NCBI GenBank assembly: GCA_031260565.1
Contig: JAISLH010000015.1
Location: 452 to 64,451 of the forward strand
Reading direction: 5' to 3'
Length of the DNA: 64,000 nt
Source: Bacteroidales bacterium
GTDB taxonomy: Bacteria > Bacteroidota > Bacteroidia > Bacteroidales > P3
This document shows, piece after piece, positions 44,982-54,955 of this stretch; the first letter of the stretch is position 1, and each line of letters begins with the position of its first letter. The notes under the pieces were generated by a model that ran no database searches, was not told the origin of the DNA, and worked only from the letters and a program-made list of their open reading frames with translations. The position numbers and the translations under genes were made by a program.

Positions 44982-45962
44982 ATGAAACAGATTAGGTTTT
45001 GCATTATTTCTTTGCTCGTTATGGGTTTCTGCATTGGTGCTTCGGCACAGAAAGACTTGAAAAAGAATCTCAAAAAACACGTTTATACTCTTGCCGATGA
45101 CAGCCTTATGGGCAGACCTGTTGGCACTAAGTATATGAAAATAGCAGAGGATTATGTGATAAATGAGTTGCAGAATGCAGGATTGAAGGTTGTCCAAATT
45201 CCTATTGAATATAACCATACTAATATAAACACTGATACTGTTATTACTCCAAGAGCCATAGTTGTTATTGTGGAAGGGAATGACGAAACATTGAAGAATG
45301 AATGGCTAATTGTCAAAACAGATTTTCAAGGATACGAATGTGACACTATAGATGATATGGTGGAAAACTGTAACATGGCAAATACAGCCACAAGTGGTAC
45401 TGCTGCCATTATAGAGTTGGCAAAAATATTTAGCAAAGAGCATTCTTGCAAGCGAAGTATTGCTTTTGCCATAACTAATGAAGGAATTATCGGCACATTT
45501 GATTATGATTGGGAGTATGAATATATGCCACATTTGCTTGAAGCCTTAATAGATGAAGATGATATAAAAATAATGTTTGATATTTCTCGCATAGGAAATA
45601 GTGATAGCACAGCACAAGCGTACTTTAACAGCAAAGAGATAACTAATTTTGACGACATTATCAGACCTTTTAAGAAAAAAGATAATGGGTTTATTGAATA
45701 TAAAGGGTCGTCTGAATACATTATATCTGCTATACCTACACCTATAATAGAGTTGTGCGAGCATAACGGTGGTTATAGTGCGGTTGATTGGGACAAGCCA
45801 GAGTACCTAAAGTACGATACAATGACTGAAATCGTAAAGCACATAAAGAATTTCATACAGACATTTGCAAATACAGAGAAAATAAATATTGATTATAACA
45901 AATTAGAACCAACGGAATTTATAATAATTGATGATAGAGATAAACGAACTCTTAATGAATAA
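44982..45962 (+). CDS. M28-peptidase-like secreted protein, possibly catalytically degenerate
   Basis: It has a signal peptide. LADDSLMGRPVGTKYMKIAEDYVINELQNAGL and TSGTAAIIELAKIF resemble the M28 scaffold, but the expected His/Asp/Glu metal ligands look substituted. Confidence 0.4.
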   Translation: MKQIRFCIISLLVMGFCIGASAQKDLKKNLKKHVYTLADDSLMGRPVGTKYMKIAEDYVINELQNAGLKVVQIPIEYNHTNINTDTVITPRAIVVIVEGNDETLKNEWLIVKTDFQGYECDTIDDMVENCNMANTATSGTAAIIELAKIFSKEHSCKRSIAFAITNEGIIGTFDYDWEYEYMPHLLEALIDEDDIKIMFDISRIGNSDSTAQAYFNSKEITNFDDIIRPFKKKDNGFIEYKGSSEYIISAIPTPIIELCEHNGGYSAVDWDKPEYLKYDTMTEIVKHIKNFIQTFANTEKINIDYNKLEPTEFIIIDDRDKRTLNE

Positions 45963-45984
45963 GGAGTATGATTGGCGGAAACAA

Positions 45985-46040
45985 ATATGGCGTTAGGAAA
46001 TTAAAAACTGCCTTTCGCTTTGACGAAGTGGCATTTGGTT
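45985..46040. repeat. Partial or degenerate family-A remnant
   Basis: atggcgttaggaaattaaaa...gaagtggcatttggttaaaat resembles the right end of copy 1 (gaggtggcatttggctaaaatg). Confidence 0.4.
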
Positions 46041-46223
46041 AAAATCGTATTAAAAAAAGGGTAAAACGGAGCAGGGAAATGGTGTTTTTAATGAGTGTTT
46101 TGTGTAAATTTTATGAGATAAAAACATAATTATTATCTCACTTTCTGACCACAATTTTACGTAAGATGATGATCAAAATCAACTCCATTGACGCTATCTT
46201 GCCCAGAATACAAAAAATATATG

Positions 46224-46231
46224 TACTTTTG
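46224..46231 (+). promoter_or_regulatory. -7 promoter box (TACTTTTG)
   Basis: TAnnTTTG lies 34 nt upstream of the ATG at 46265. Confidence 0.45.
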
Positions 46232-46264
46232 CAAATTGATTTGATAAAATTTTGATTTTAAACA

Positions 46265-47248
46265 ATGATTGAGGATTTTGAACAACGGATATTTTGCTTT
46301 GATGATGATAAAACTTTTAATGATTTAGCTATTGAGGCGTTTGAATATCAGTATGCGAAGAATGAGGTTTATAATTCTTGGTGTCAGCATATTAAACGGC
46401 TGCCTAAGGACGTCAAAACAATAAAAGACATACCTTTTTTGCCCATAGAATTTTTTAAAAATAAGAAAGTAGTTACGTCAAATTGGGAAGATGAAACATT
46501 CTTTCAAAGCAGTGGCACAACAAATCAAAAAAGGAGCATTCACCATATAAAGTCTTGCGAACTTTATATAAAAAGTTGTGTGCATAGTTTCTCAAATTGT
46601 TTCGGTGATTTGAAGGATTGGTGTTTTCTTGTCTTGCTTCCGTCTTACCAAACGAACAAACACTCGTCCTTAATCTTTATGATGGATTATTTTGTCAGCC
46701 AAACAGCTCAGAATCACAGCGATTTCTTTAACCAAGACATTGATTTGTTAATCCAAACCTTGATTTCAAATGAGCAAAATGGCGTAAAAACAATTTTGTT
46801 TGGCGTTTCGTATGCTTTGTTGGACGTTATAGAGCGGCAGAACCTCAATTTGAAGCATTTAATCGTCTTTGAAACGGGCGGAATGAAGGGAATGAGGCAG
46901 GAAATCACTAAAGAAGAACTGCATTTGAAGCTTTGCGATGGGTTTAATGTGCGAAATATTTGCTCAGAATACGGAATGTGTGAGCTGATGTCGCAAGCCT
47001 ATTCAACAGGTGAAGGAATCTATCAAACACCTCCGCAGATGAGAGTTATGATTCGGGATGTTAATGATCCATTTTCTTGGTCTGGCACAACAAAGGGGGC
47101 AATCAATGTGATAGATCTTGCAAATATTCACTCTTGTTGCTTCATCGAAACGGCTGATTTAGCGGAAAGAAAAAGCGACCGAGCATTTCGTCTGCTTGGT
47201 CGCTTGGATTATTCTGATATTCGGGGGTGTAATCTACTTTATTTGTAG
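46265..47248 (+). CDS. LuxE/PaaK-like acyl-protein synthetase / acyltransferase family protein
   Basis: It has an SSGTT adenylate-forming P-loop-like motif and FETGGMKG. The overall pattern matches Bacteroidota LuxE-domain acyl transferase proteins. Confidence 0.55.
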   Translation: MIEDFEQRIFCFDDDKTFNDLAIEAFEYQYAKNEVYNSWCQHIKRLPKDVKTIKDIPFLPIEFFKNKKVVTSNWEDETFFQSSGTTNQKRSIHHIKSCELYIKSCVHSFSNCFGDLKDWCFLVLLPSYQTNKHSSLIFMMDYFVSQTAQNHSDFFNQDIDLLIQTLISNEQNGVKTILFGVSYALLDVIERQNLNLKHLIVFETGGMKGMRQEITKEELHLKLCDGFNVRNICSEYGMCELMSQAYSTGEGIYQTPPQMRVMIRDVNDPFSWSGTTKGAINVIDLANIHSCCFIETADLAERKSDRAFRLLGRLDYSDIRGCNLLYL

Positions 47249-48448
47249 CTTCAGGCTGCTGTTTCTTCCATCGGCAAATCTAAGTCGCACAATGTACATT
47301 CCCTTTGAAAGAGTTGAAACGTCAATTTGGCTTTTCAGTCTGCCGTTTGGACGGGTTGAAATGATGTCTTGTCCAAGCAGGTTGCAGATTCTTGCTTCCA
47401 TTATGCCGTCTCCTTCAAGTGTTATGGTGTTTGAAGCAGGGATTGGGTAGAGTGAAGCGGTTGGTGTGCTGAAATCTTCATTTGCCAAGCCGGTGCAGTC
47501 TTCTACTATTTCTTTTCCTTCAACGGTGTCGTTCAATAGCTTCCATGCGTCAGTGGTGTCGTAGATTGGCTTGCTGTTACAAGGGACGTGAAGGATGTGT
47601 TTTGCTTCTACTCCTGTGAAGCTGTCATCGTATGCTTTCGGAGGGAAGGATGAATAGACTGTTGTCTTGATTAAACGTGTGCAATATGCGAAAGCACTTT
47701 TGCCAATGAAGGTTAGGGCGGTGTTATTGTCTGAACCTAATGCAGCGGTATGAACAGATGCACTTGCGTAAAAAGCGAAATCTTCCAGTGTTTGAACGGA
47801 ATTTGGTAACACAATGGCGTTTAATGACAGGCAAAGTCTGAATGCAGATTTGCCGATGACCGAAACAGGCTCGTCAATGACCAAATGCTTTAAGCTTTCG
47901 CAGCTTTCGAATGCAGAGGTATCTACTCTTGTTATGTTGTTTGAAATTACCACCGAGTCTAAAGCTTTGCATTGCATAAAGCACATATTGCTTACTTTTG
48001 TCAGTTTAACGGGTAGTTTTATTGAAGGAAGGGATAAGCAACCCTTAAACGCTCCTTTGGCTATCGTTTGTATGCTGTCAGTGAGCTCAACCTTTATTAG
48101 AGCGGGACAGGTCTGGAAAGCAAAATTGCCAATGGTCGTAACACTCTCTGGAATCTTTACTTCCGTCAGGCTGTCGCTCAATGCAAAAGCGTAATTGCTT
48201 ATGGCAACAACATCATACTTCACGCTGTCGTAACGAACTGTGTCAGGTATTTCAATCTTTCCCCAATAGCAGTTGATGAAAGCGCTGGATACGCTGACGG
48301 TTGTTGCATTTAGCCTCGTATAGTAAATAGTCTTTTGCTTGAAATCAGAACTGAAATCATAGCTTTGGGCTTTCAAGCCAGCGAAAGAAGACATTAGCAT
48401 TAACGTTATAAGAAACCGCTTTGCTATAACTTTGCAATAATTTTTCAT
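47234..48448 (-). CDS. BspA-like leucine-rich-repeat surface protein with a T9SS type-A CTD
   Basis: It has repeats of the I(P/S)xSVTxIGxxAFxxCxSL type. The C-terminus is SLYPIPASNTITLEG...GMYIVRLRFADGRNSSLKLQIK. I chose the start at Met21 (signal peptide MKNYCKVIAKRFLITLMLMSSFAGLKAQ). Confidence 0.75.
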   Translation of the reverse strand: MKNYCKVIAKRFLITLMLMSSFAGLKAQSYDFSSDFKQKTIYYTRLNATTVSVSSAFINCYWGKIEIPDTVRYDSVKYDVVAISNYAFALSDSLTEVKIPESVTTIGNFAFQTCPALIKVELTDSIQTIAKGAFKGCLSLPSIKLPVKLTKVSNMCFMQCKALDSVVISNNITRVDTSAFESCESLKHLVIDEPVSVIGKSAFRLCLSLNAIVLPNSVQTLEDFAFYASASVHTAALGSDNNTALTFIGKSAFAYCTRLIKTTVYSSFPPKAYDDSFTGVEAKHILHVPCNSKPIYDTTDAWKLLNDTVEGKEIVEDCTGLANEDFSTPTASLYPIPASNTITLEGDGIMEARICNLLGQDIISTRPNGRLKSQIDVSTLSKGMYIVRLRFADGRNSSLKLQIK

Positions 48449-48510
48449 TGTCTTATTATAATTTGATTTTACACTAATTTGCTTCAACATAATGAACATA
48501 AAAAACACTG

Positions 48511-48518
48511 CAAAGGTA
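48511..48518 (-). promoter_or_regulatory. -7 promoter box (TACCTTTG)
   Basis: TAnnTTTG lies only 3 nt upstream of the longest-ORF ATG (48508), which argues for a downstream start. Confidence 0.4.
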
Positions 48519-48655
48519 ACATAATTTAATTAAAAGAATGCAATATCTTCGTATAATTCTTTTTTGTAACGGCAGAAAACCCTTATAAATTACGGATTTG
48601 GTGCTTTGAAAAATTTATCTGCCTATTTGTTCCGCCATAGCTTTATAATACCCTT

Positions 48656-51256
48656 CTAATCCATTACCATAACTTGTCCAGTCTTTTCATAGAGTCTGTT
48701 TTTCTCTGTTGTGAGGCGGTATTTTGCTATCCAGACGTAGCTTCCCTGCGGAACAGGTTTGCCGTTGAAGGTTGCGTCCCACGCTTGGTTGATGTTGTTG
48801 GTTTGAAAGACTATTGTGCCCCAGCGATTGTAGATTGTGAGGTTGTATTCGCTCAATCGGTCAATGTAAAGTCTGAAAGTACGGTTGGCAATGTTGTTGT
48901 CGTGAGTGTAGATAGCCGTTGGAGCAAAGACACTGTGCTGACGGAAGACTCTGATTGTTGTTTGTGTTGAGTCCAAACAGCCTGCTGACGTAGCAACAAG
49001 AAGACTTATATCAAATTCATCGTCATTTGTTACGTCAAATTGATGAGAGAAGTTCTGTTCTTGGGTAGTTGTGCCATCACTTATTGACCATGCTCTTGTC
49101 ATATTTCCTTGTGATGAGTCATAGAAAAGAATTATGGGGTCAAGTTCGTCAATCGTGGTAGGGTTATAGGCAATGCGTGCAATGGGGCGAGGTTCTATGA
49201 AGACATTTGTTGCTTCTACGCTCTCACAACCAATATCGTTCCAAGCGTGAATGGTATATCTTGTGCTGTTCTGAGGACTTACCGTAATATGTGTGGCAGA
49301 GCTTCCCTGCACATGAACATCTGTTGGTGCGGTTTGCCATTCAAATCTGCTGGCAGCACCATTGACATCAATTACAACGCTCTCGCTTTCGCATATTGTT
49401 TGATCTGGGGTTATTGAAATGACGGGTGCAGGCAGTATGGCAACGAATACCGAATCTATTGTTTCGCACATGGCAGGCGGACGCTTGACTGAGACAACAT
49501 ACCATGTCGTATCGGCAGTCGGAGAAACGCTGATGGAGTTACTCGTTCCTAATGTCCCCCAATCGTATAGGCAATTTACAGGATTGGAAGTTACACTTAG
49601 GGTTGTGCTTGTTTGAGGACAGATTGCCTGTGTGCCAGAAAAGGATACTGAAGGAGGATTATGAACTTCTATATGAACGGTGTCGCTTGCCAAGCAGCCC
49701 CAGCCGTCTTGCATTGTAAGACCTATGTCGGCTGAAGTTTGAAGAGGGATTGCCAAAGTGTCGCCTGTGAAGCCTGTTGTCCAAGTGCAGAGTCCTGTAT
49801 AATCACTGTTGAGGTTGAAAAGCTTAATACTATCACCGGCACATATCGTATCATTGTTACCAAGACTTATTTCGTAAGACCGAACATTGACATTTAAAGT
49901 ATCATAGAAAGGACAGACAGTATCACCAGAAATGTCAAGGTTGTAGCCCTCTAAGATATAAGTAATGTCTCCCATAGGGAAAAGGCTTATTCGTCCTGTG
50001 TCCTGTGTTGATGGAATATCTACTTCAATAGGGGAAATGATTTTGTAAAACGAACGACCTTCAAGCTGTATGTTAATGCTATCGCCTAAACATATAGTGT
50101 CAAAAGCACCTGTATTTCCATTGTGAGAAACGCTCAAAGGAGGGGTGTTAGGCGGATACACCAAAACAGAATCTACAACAACAGGAATGGGATCACCGGT
50201 TTCCATGTAAATAGTTGCCTCGCATTTATACCAAGTTGGACCATCTTCTATTGTTGGGGCAGCTTTGCACCTAATGGTATCAAGGGAAACAATAGGTACA
50301 TACGCCACGTCATTTTGAGTCTTCCTTGACCATTGGCAAACAGAATGTAAATTTCCTTGCGGACGAATACGGTATGCAGTGTTGTATTCCTCCCACGCAG
50401 TTGCATTATGACCGGGTATAACGCAAGCCTGTGTGCCATCGGCGTTGTGAATACCTAAAATAGTACGACCACCTTGCCAAGCAGTGCAACTTGGTTTATC
50501 TTTGATATAAAATTCTATGGTATTAGTCATTTCATAAAGCACACACATATGATTTACAATTAAACTCGTACAGCTAAACATTGGTGAGTTGGCAAAAATA
50601 ACTACAAATTTTCTACAAGGATAATATCCTATTGTTCTATAATAGCAATGCGCATTAGGATAAGAAGGTCCGAACCAAATATCATGATAAGGTGTCATAA
50701 TAACATTTCTATGTATGTTGCTATTAGTAGTTGGAATAGCATCATTTGCATTAATAGTGTATCCACAATTAGAGTACCAAGCATGAGAAAAGTCAAAAGA
50801 AATTTCTCCATTAGTATTCAGTTGAATTGTATTATAGGTGTTTCCAAAGAAAGAAAACTGAAAAAAAGGCGTACCCGGTGCTTGAGGGTAACCATTGACG
50901 TCAATACTCAGCGGAGTACTCCATTGGTCATCTCCAGTTAATTCGCTGGCAAAGTCTAACGCATCTCCTGGATTAATGCCAACGGTAGGTGCCCATGTAG
51001 AAGGACATTCAGCAAAGTCTATAGTTTCTGCAATATAATCTGTGGAGCCACCGGGAGCAAAGACATTTGCCTTCAATATTACAAAGGGCACAATGCAAGT
51101 AACCCGTCTGCCTGTAGGAGCAGAGGGAACAGATATGTCTATGCCAGCACTATCCTCAACTATTGTTACGCTTGTGCAGCTTTGAGCAAAGCCATAGCCG
51201 ATGCCAAAACACAAAGAAGCACACAAAATCATAAATCTCTTTAATATCATTACCAT
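48656..51256 (-). CDS. Large secreted protein with a T9SS type-B C-terminal domain
   Basis: It has a signal peptide. The C-terminus is YNLTIYNRWGTIVFQTNNINQAWDATFNGKPVPQGSYVWIAKY...KTGQVMVMD. Confidence 0.75.
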   Translation of the reverse strand: MVMILKRFMILCASLCFGIGYGFAQSCTSVTIVEDSAGIDISVPSAPTGRRVTCIVPFVILKANVFAPGGSTDYIAETIDFAECPSTWAPTVGINPGDALDFASELTGDDQWSTPLSIDVNGYPQAPGTPFFQFSFFGNTYNTIQLNTNGEISFDFSHAWYSNCGYTINANDAIPTTNSNIHRNVIMTPYHDIWFGPSYPNAHCYYRTIGYYPCRKFVVIFANSPMFSCTSLIVNHMCVLYEMTNTIEFYIKDKPSCTAWQGGRTILGIHNADGTQACVIPGHNATAWEEYNTAYRIRPQGNLHSVCQWSRKTQNDVAYVPIVSLDTIRCKAAPTIEDGPTWYKCEATIYMETGDPIPVVVDSVLVYPPNTPPLSVSHNGNTGAFDTICLGDSINIQLEGRSFYKIISPIEVDIPSTQDTGRISLFPMGDITYILEGYNLDISGDTVCPFYDTLNVNVRSYEISLGNNDTICAGDSIKLFNLNSDYTGLCTWTTGFTGDTLAIPLQTSADIGLTMQDGWGCLASDTVHIEVHNPPSVSFSGTQAICPQTSTTLSVTSNPVNCLYDWGTLGTSNSISVSPTADTTWYVVSVKRPPAMCETIDSVFVAILPAPVISITPDQTICESESVVIDVNGAASRFEWQTAPTDVHVQGSSATHITVSPQNSTRYTIHAWNDIGCESVEATNVFIEPRPIARIAYNPTTIDELDPIILFYDSSQGNMTRAWSISDGTTTQEQNFSHQFDVTNDDEFDISLLVATSAGCLDSTQTTIRVFRQHSVFAPTAIYTHDNNIANRTFRLYIDRLSEYNLTIYNRWGTIVFQTNNINQAWDATFNGKPVPQGSYVWIAKYRLTTEKNRLYEKTGQVMVMD

Positions 51257-51370
51257 TTTATTTTTTTTAATTTCTTATTAACTATAAATAAGACACATTT
51301 ATTGTGTGATTTGTTTCATTTGGGCAAAATATTTTAACAATGGGGAAAAAGACTCCTCAATTTTAGCCAA

Positions 51371-51465
51371 GTGCCACCTTAATTTTCTAAAGCGGCGTTT
51401 CGTGACGCTAAAGTGGCGTTTCAGCGTCACGAAACGCCGCTTTAGGAAAATGAAGCAGAGCTTGA
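51371..51465. repeat. Family-A palindromic element, copy 6 (perfect 23-bp stem)
   Basis: The stems are 51387-51409 and 51423-51445 and the loop is aaagtggcgtttc (51410-51422). The core is identical to copy 2. Confidence 0.95.
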
Positions 51466-51770
51466 TTTTGGCAAAAGAGCATAAGTTTCTATTCGTTGTT
51501 TAGTTTGAGAATGTAAAAGTACAAAAAATAAAATTAAAATGAGGTATCTCTGTTATCATACACAAATTGCTTAAATTTATAGTAAATTTTGTTAATTCGA
51601 GTTTTGATAGGATATATCTGAGTTTGGAGGCTAAATTATCAACATTTAATTTCTGTAAAATGAAAAAAAGTTATTGTTTATCAATAAAAAATTTGGTAGT
51701 CTCAAAAATAAGTTGTTACTTTGCAAACTCAAATTTAGAGTATTTTTTATAATTAAAACAAGAATTAGAA

Positions 51771-53939
51771 ATGAAAAAATGTTTATTTACAGCACTTTTG
51801 CTGTCGTTTTCAATGACAATGTGCTTTGCCAAACCGACACCTAAACCTGACGAAGGTATGTGGTTGCCGATGTTTTTCAAGCAGTTAAATTATGCAACAA
51901 TGCAAAAAATGGGTTTGCATTTGACTGCCGAACAGCTTTACAGCTTTAACAATTCCAGTCTCAAAGACGCCATCGTCCAAATGGGTAACTTCTGTACGGC
52001 AGAGGTTGTGTCAGACAAGGGATTGATGTTTACAAACCACCATTGCGGCTATGATGCCATTGCTTCGCAATCAACAGTGGAGCATGACTACTTAAAGAAC
52101 GGCTTTTGGGCTTATTCAACAGACCAAGAGTTGCCGATAGAAGGCTTAACGGTGTCTTTCTTAGTGCGAATGGACGATGTAACGAAGGAAATCTTGGGAG
52201 AATACGCCAATGAATTGGATAAGATTAAGTATGCTACCGAAATAAATGAGCGTATTACCGCCATGGTAAAAGAAAAGAGCGAAAACGGACGCTATACTGT
52301 TGATATTAAGCCTTTCTTTGAAGGATTAGAATACTATATGTTTATCTATGAAACGTTTAGTGATATACGTCTTGTTGGTGCTCCGCCGTCTGCAATCGGC
52401 AAATTTGGAGGTGATACCGACAACTGGATGTGGCCCCGTCATACTGGGGACTTCTCTATCTTCCGTATCTATGCTGACAAGGACAACAAGCCAGCTAAAT
52501 TTTCCAAAGACAACGTTCCTTACAAACCAAAGCACTTTTTACCTGTAAGTATCAAAGGTGTAAATAAAGGAGACTTCACTATGATTTGGGGTTATCCCGG
52601 CTCAACTGAAAGATATATGACTTCATACGAAGTGGATAACACGATAAAGGTATCAGACCCAGCGGTGATTGATGCCGGTGGCTATATGTTGCCAACGATG
52701 AAGAAGATGATGGACAGAGATGAAGCAATTAGCTTGAAGTATGCCTCTGATTACGCCTCCATGATGAACTTGTGGAAGAACAAACAGGGTGAATTGAGAG
52801 GCTTAAAGCGTCTTGACGTATATGGAAAGAAGCTTGCAATAGAGAAAAGATTAGCTTCTTGGATAGGACAAGACCCTGCTCGTAAGGAACGTTATGGCTC
52901 AGTGTTTGCTGACCTTGAAAATGCGTGTCAGGCAATAGCTCAAAGCCCGCAGGAAAAGTATTCATGGTACGGCAACCTTGGGTTGATGACAGCACAAAGA
53001 GCCCTTATGGCATTCCGCATTACCAAAAACTTCGAATTCTTTGCCGCTATGGACAAGGACAAGCAAGAGATGGTAAAGGAAAGAATGTTTGCAGCACTCT
53101 CTGCACAAGGCACACAGCATTTTGAGGCTTATGACCAAGAGACAGAGAAAGAAATGTTCCGTGCTTTGGTAACTATGTTGTATGACCTTAACAATAACGG
53201 ATTTGCAACTAAAATCAACAAAGAGGGAGGTATAGACAAGTTCGTAGAAAAGGCATTCAAAAAATCTGTATTTGCCACTAAGGAAAGCTTTGATAAATTT
53301 ATGAAAAAGCCAAATCCAAAGACCTTAAACACAGATATGATTGCCACAGTGGCAATGGAAGCTTATCACTTGATAGTTAATGAGAATGAGGCGACAACTG
53401 CTGACAACAACGCTCTCAATCTGTCTAAGGCACGTATGGCTTTCGTTGAGGCGTTGAGAGAGATGGACAAGTCTTTGGTGCAATACCCTGATGCAAATTT
53501 CACTATGCGTATGACGTATGGACAAGTTTTGGATTACTATCCAGCTGACGCTATCCACTATGACTTTATCACCACTATAGACGGAGTTATGGAGAAGGAA
53601 GACCCAACAAGCGATGAATTCACCGTACCTTCCAAGTTGAAGGAATTATATAACAAGAAAGACTTCGGACAATACGCCGACAAGGATGGAAAGCTTGTTG
53701 TATGTTTCTTATCTAACAATGACATAACAGGAGGTAACAGCGGCTCACCTATCATTAATGGTGATGGGGAGTTAATTGGACTTGCCTTTGATGGAAATTG
53801 GGAGGCAATGAGCGGAGATATAGCCTTTGAGCCGGAGCTTCAACGCACCATAAATGTAGATGCACGCTATGTGTTGTTCATTATAGACAAGTTTGCGGGA
53901 GCTAAAAACCTGATAGACGAGCTTACTATTAAGAAGTAA
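51771..53939 (+). CDS. S46 family dipeptidyl-peptidase (DPP7/DPP11-like)
   Basis: It has KPDEGMWLP near the N-terminus, FTNHHCGYD (catalytic His) and GGNSGSPIINGDGELIGLAFDGNWE (catalytic Ser). Confidence 0.9.
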   Translation: MKKCLFTALLLSFSMTMCFAKPTPKPDEGMWLPMFFKQLNYATMQKMGLHLTAEQLYSFNNSSLKDAIVQMGNFCTAEVVSDKGLMFTNHHCGYDAIASQSTVEHDYLKNGFWAYSTDQELPIEGLTVSFLVRMDDVTKEILGEYANELDKIKYATEINERITAMVKEKSENGRYTVDIKPFFEGLEYYMFIYETFSDIRLVGAPPSAIGKFGGDTDNWMWPRHTGDFSIFRIYADKDNKPAKFSKDNVPYKPKHFLPVSIKGVNKGDFTMIWGYPGSTERYMTSYEVDNTIKVSDPAVIDAGGYMLPTMKKMMDRDEAISLKYASDYASMMNLWKNKQGELRGLKRLDVYGKKLAIEKRLASWIGQDPARKERYGSVFADLENACQAIAQSPQEKYSWYGNLGLMTAQRALMAFRITKNFEFFAAMDKDKQEMVKERMFAALSAQGTQHFEAYDQETEKEMFRALVTMLYDLNNNGFATKINKEGGIDKFVEKAFKKSVFATKESFDKFMKKPNPKTLNTDMIATVAMEAYHLIVNENEATTADNNALNLSKARMAFVEALREMDKSLVQYPDANFTMRMTYGQVLDYYPADAIHYDFITTIDGVMEKEDPTSDEFTVPSKLKELYNKKDFGQYADKDGKLVVCFLSNNDITGGNSGSPIINGDGELIGLAFDGNWEAMSGDIAFEPELQRTINVDARYVLFIIDKFAGAKNLIDELTIKK

Positions 53940-53978
53940 GAACATATAAACATATTGATATTCATTATCATCATATAC

Positions 53979-54015
53979 GTAGGGGCGAATAATCATTCGC
54001 CCCTACTTTTTTTTT
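53979..54015 (+). terminator. Rho-independent terminator
   Basis: A perfect 12-bp stem gtaggggcgaat / attcgcccctac with a 4-nt loop is followed by T9. Confidence 0.8.
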
Positions 54016-54120
54016 GTACCTCCGTCCTTTATTATCTCCAAACAGCCTGCAACAAGCTCATTTCTCAGCGTGCAAAGATAAAAAAAGAAAATAAATGCTT
54101 GTTAATTAAAAGAAAATACT

Positions 54121-54128
54121 TAACTTTG
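54121..54128 (+). promoter_or_regulatory. -7 promoter box (TAACTTTG)
   Basis: TAnnTTTG lies 25 nt upstream of the ATG at 54153. Confidence 0.5.
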
Positions 54129-54152
54129 CAGCCGTAAAAATACACAAAACTT

Positions 54153-54887
54153 ATGAAAAAATTAGTCTTATTTATAGCCTCTGTAGCCTTTGGATTAGGC
54201 ATACAGGCTCAGTCGTTCCGCCTTACAACTCCAGAGGGAACAGAAATAGGGAGTGAAGTAACCTTTCTCCTTCGTCCGTCCGACCAAGGGTTTAAGCAGG
54301 AGTATATTTATATGGAAAACCTCACCCAAGAGCCTATTGCAGTCCGTATGCAGATAGAAAAATTAGATATGTCAGAGGGTTCAGACATAGTTATGTGCTT
54401 TGCGGGCAACTGCCTTCTTGACACTATAGCACCGGTAACAAACATTGCAACCATTGAGGCAGGAGAGCGATATGAAGAGTTTGACTTGCAATATACTTAT
54501 TCAGATATGCGAACTCCTTCAACGGTGAAAGTGAATTTGCTAAACCCTGCAGACTTGACAATAATACAGAGTTTCATTATTCATTATTCTGATACGGAGA
54601 GCGGCTTGGGAGAGATTACTGAAAACAGACAGGCTTCGGTTAATATCTATCCAAACCCTGTAACGACTACGACTTGCATTAAATATATCATGCCAAAAGA
54701 CTGTCAATCTCCGTCAATCATCGTGAAGAATATGTTGGGCAAAGAAGTTAAGAATGTAAAGATTAGCGGTAGCCAAAGCGGCAAAGTCTATATCAATACA
54801 GAAGACTTGTCGCAGGGGCTTTACTTCTGTTCAATCGTATGCGACAATCAAACCATTGCGACTAAGAAAATAGTCGTAAAACACTAA
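54153..54887 (+). CDS. Small T9SS type-A CTD-containing secreted protein
   Basis: It has a signal peptide. The C-terminus is VNIYPNPVTTTTCIKY...GLYFCSIVCDNQTIATKKIVVKH. Confidence 0.7.
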   Translation: MKKLVLFIASVAFGLGIQAQSFRLTTPEGTEIGSEVTFLLRPSDQGFKQEYIYMENLTQEPIAVRMQIEKLDMSEGSDIVMCFAGNCLLDTIAPVTNIATIEAGERYEEFDLQYTYSDMRTPSTVKVNLLNPADLTIIQSFIIHYSDTESGLGEITENRQASVNIYPNPVTTTTCIKYIMPKDCQSPSIIVKNMLGKEVKNVKISGSQSGKVYINTEDLSQGLYFCSIVCDNQTIATKKIVVKH

Positions 54888-54955
54888 AATTAAAATTATC
54901 TTTTTCATAACAAGACTGTTTCTTTTTGGGAAATGGTCTTTTTTATTAAGGTATT

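Noticed and set aside
47234-47248. Convergent 3'-end overlaps (47234-47248 and 18476-18494)
   Set aside because: Short convergent overlaps are common in compact genomes. No additional signal was seen.
1889-54887. Six T9SS-CTD proteins in one window as a possible dedicated secretion island
   Set aside because: The genes are dispersed among housekeeping genes and no T9SS machinery genes (porK/L/M/N, sov, porU/V) are present. High cargo density is normal for Bacteroidota.
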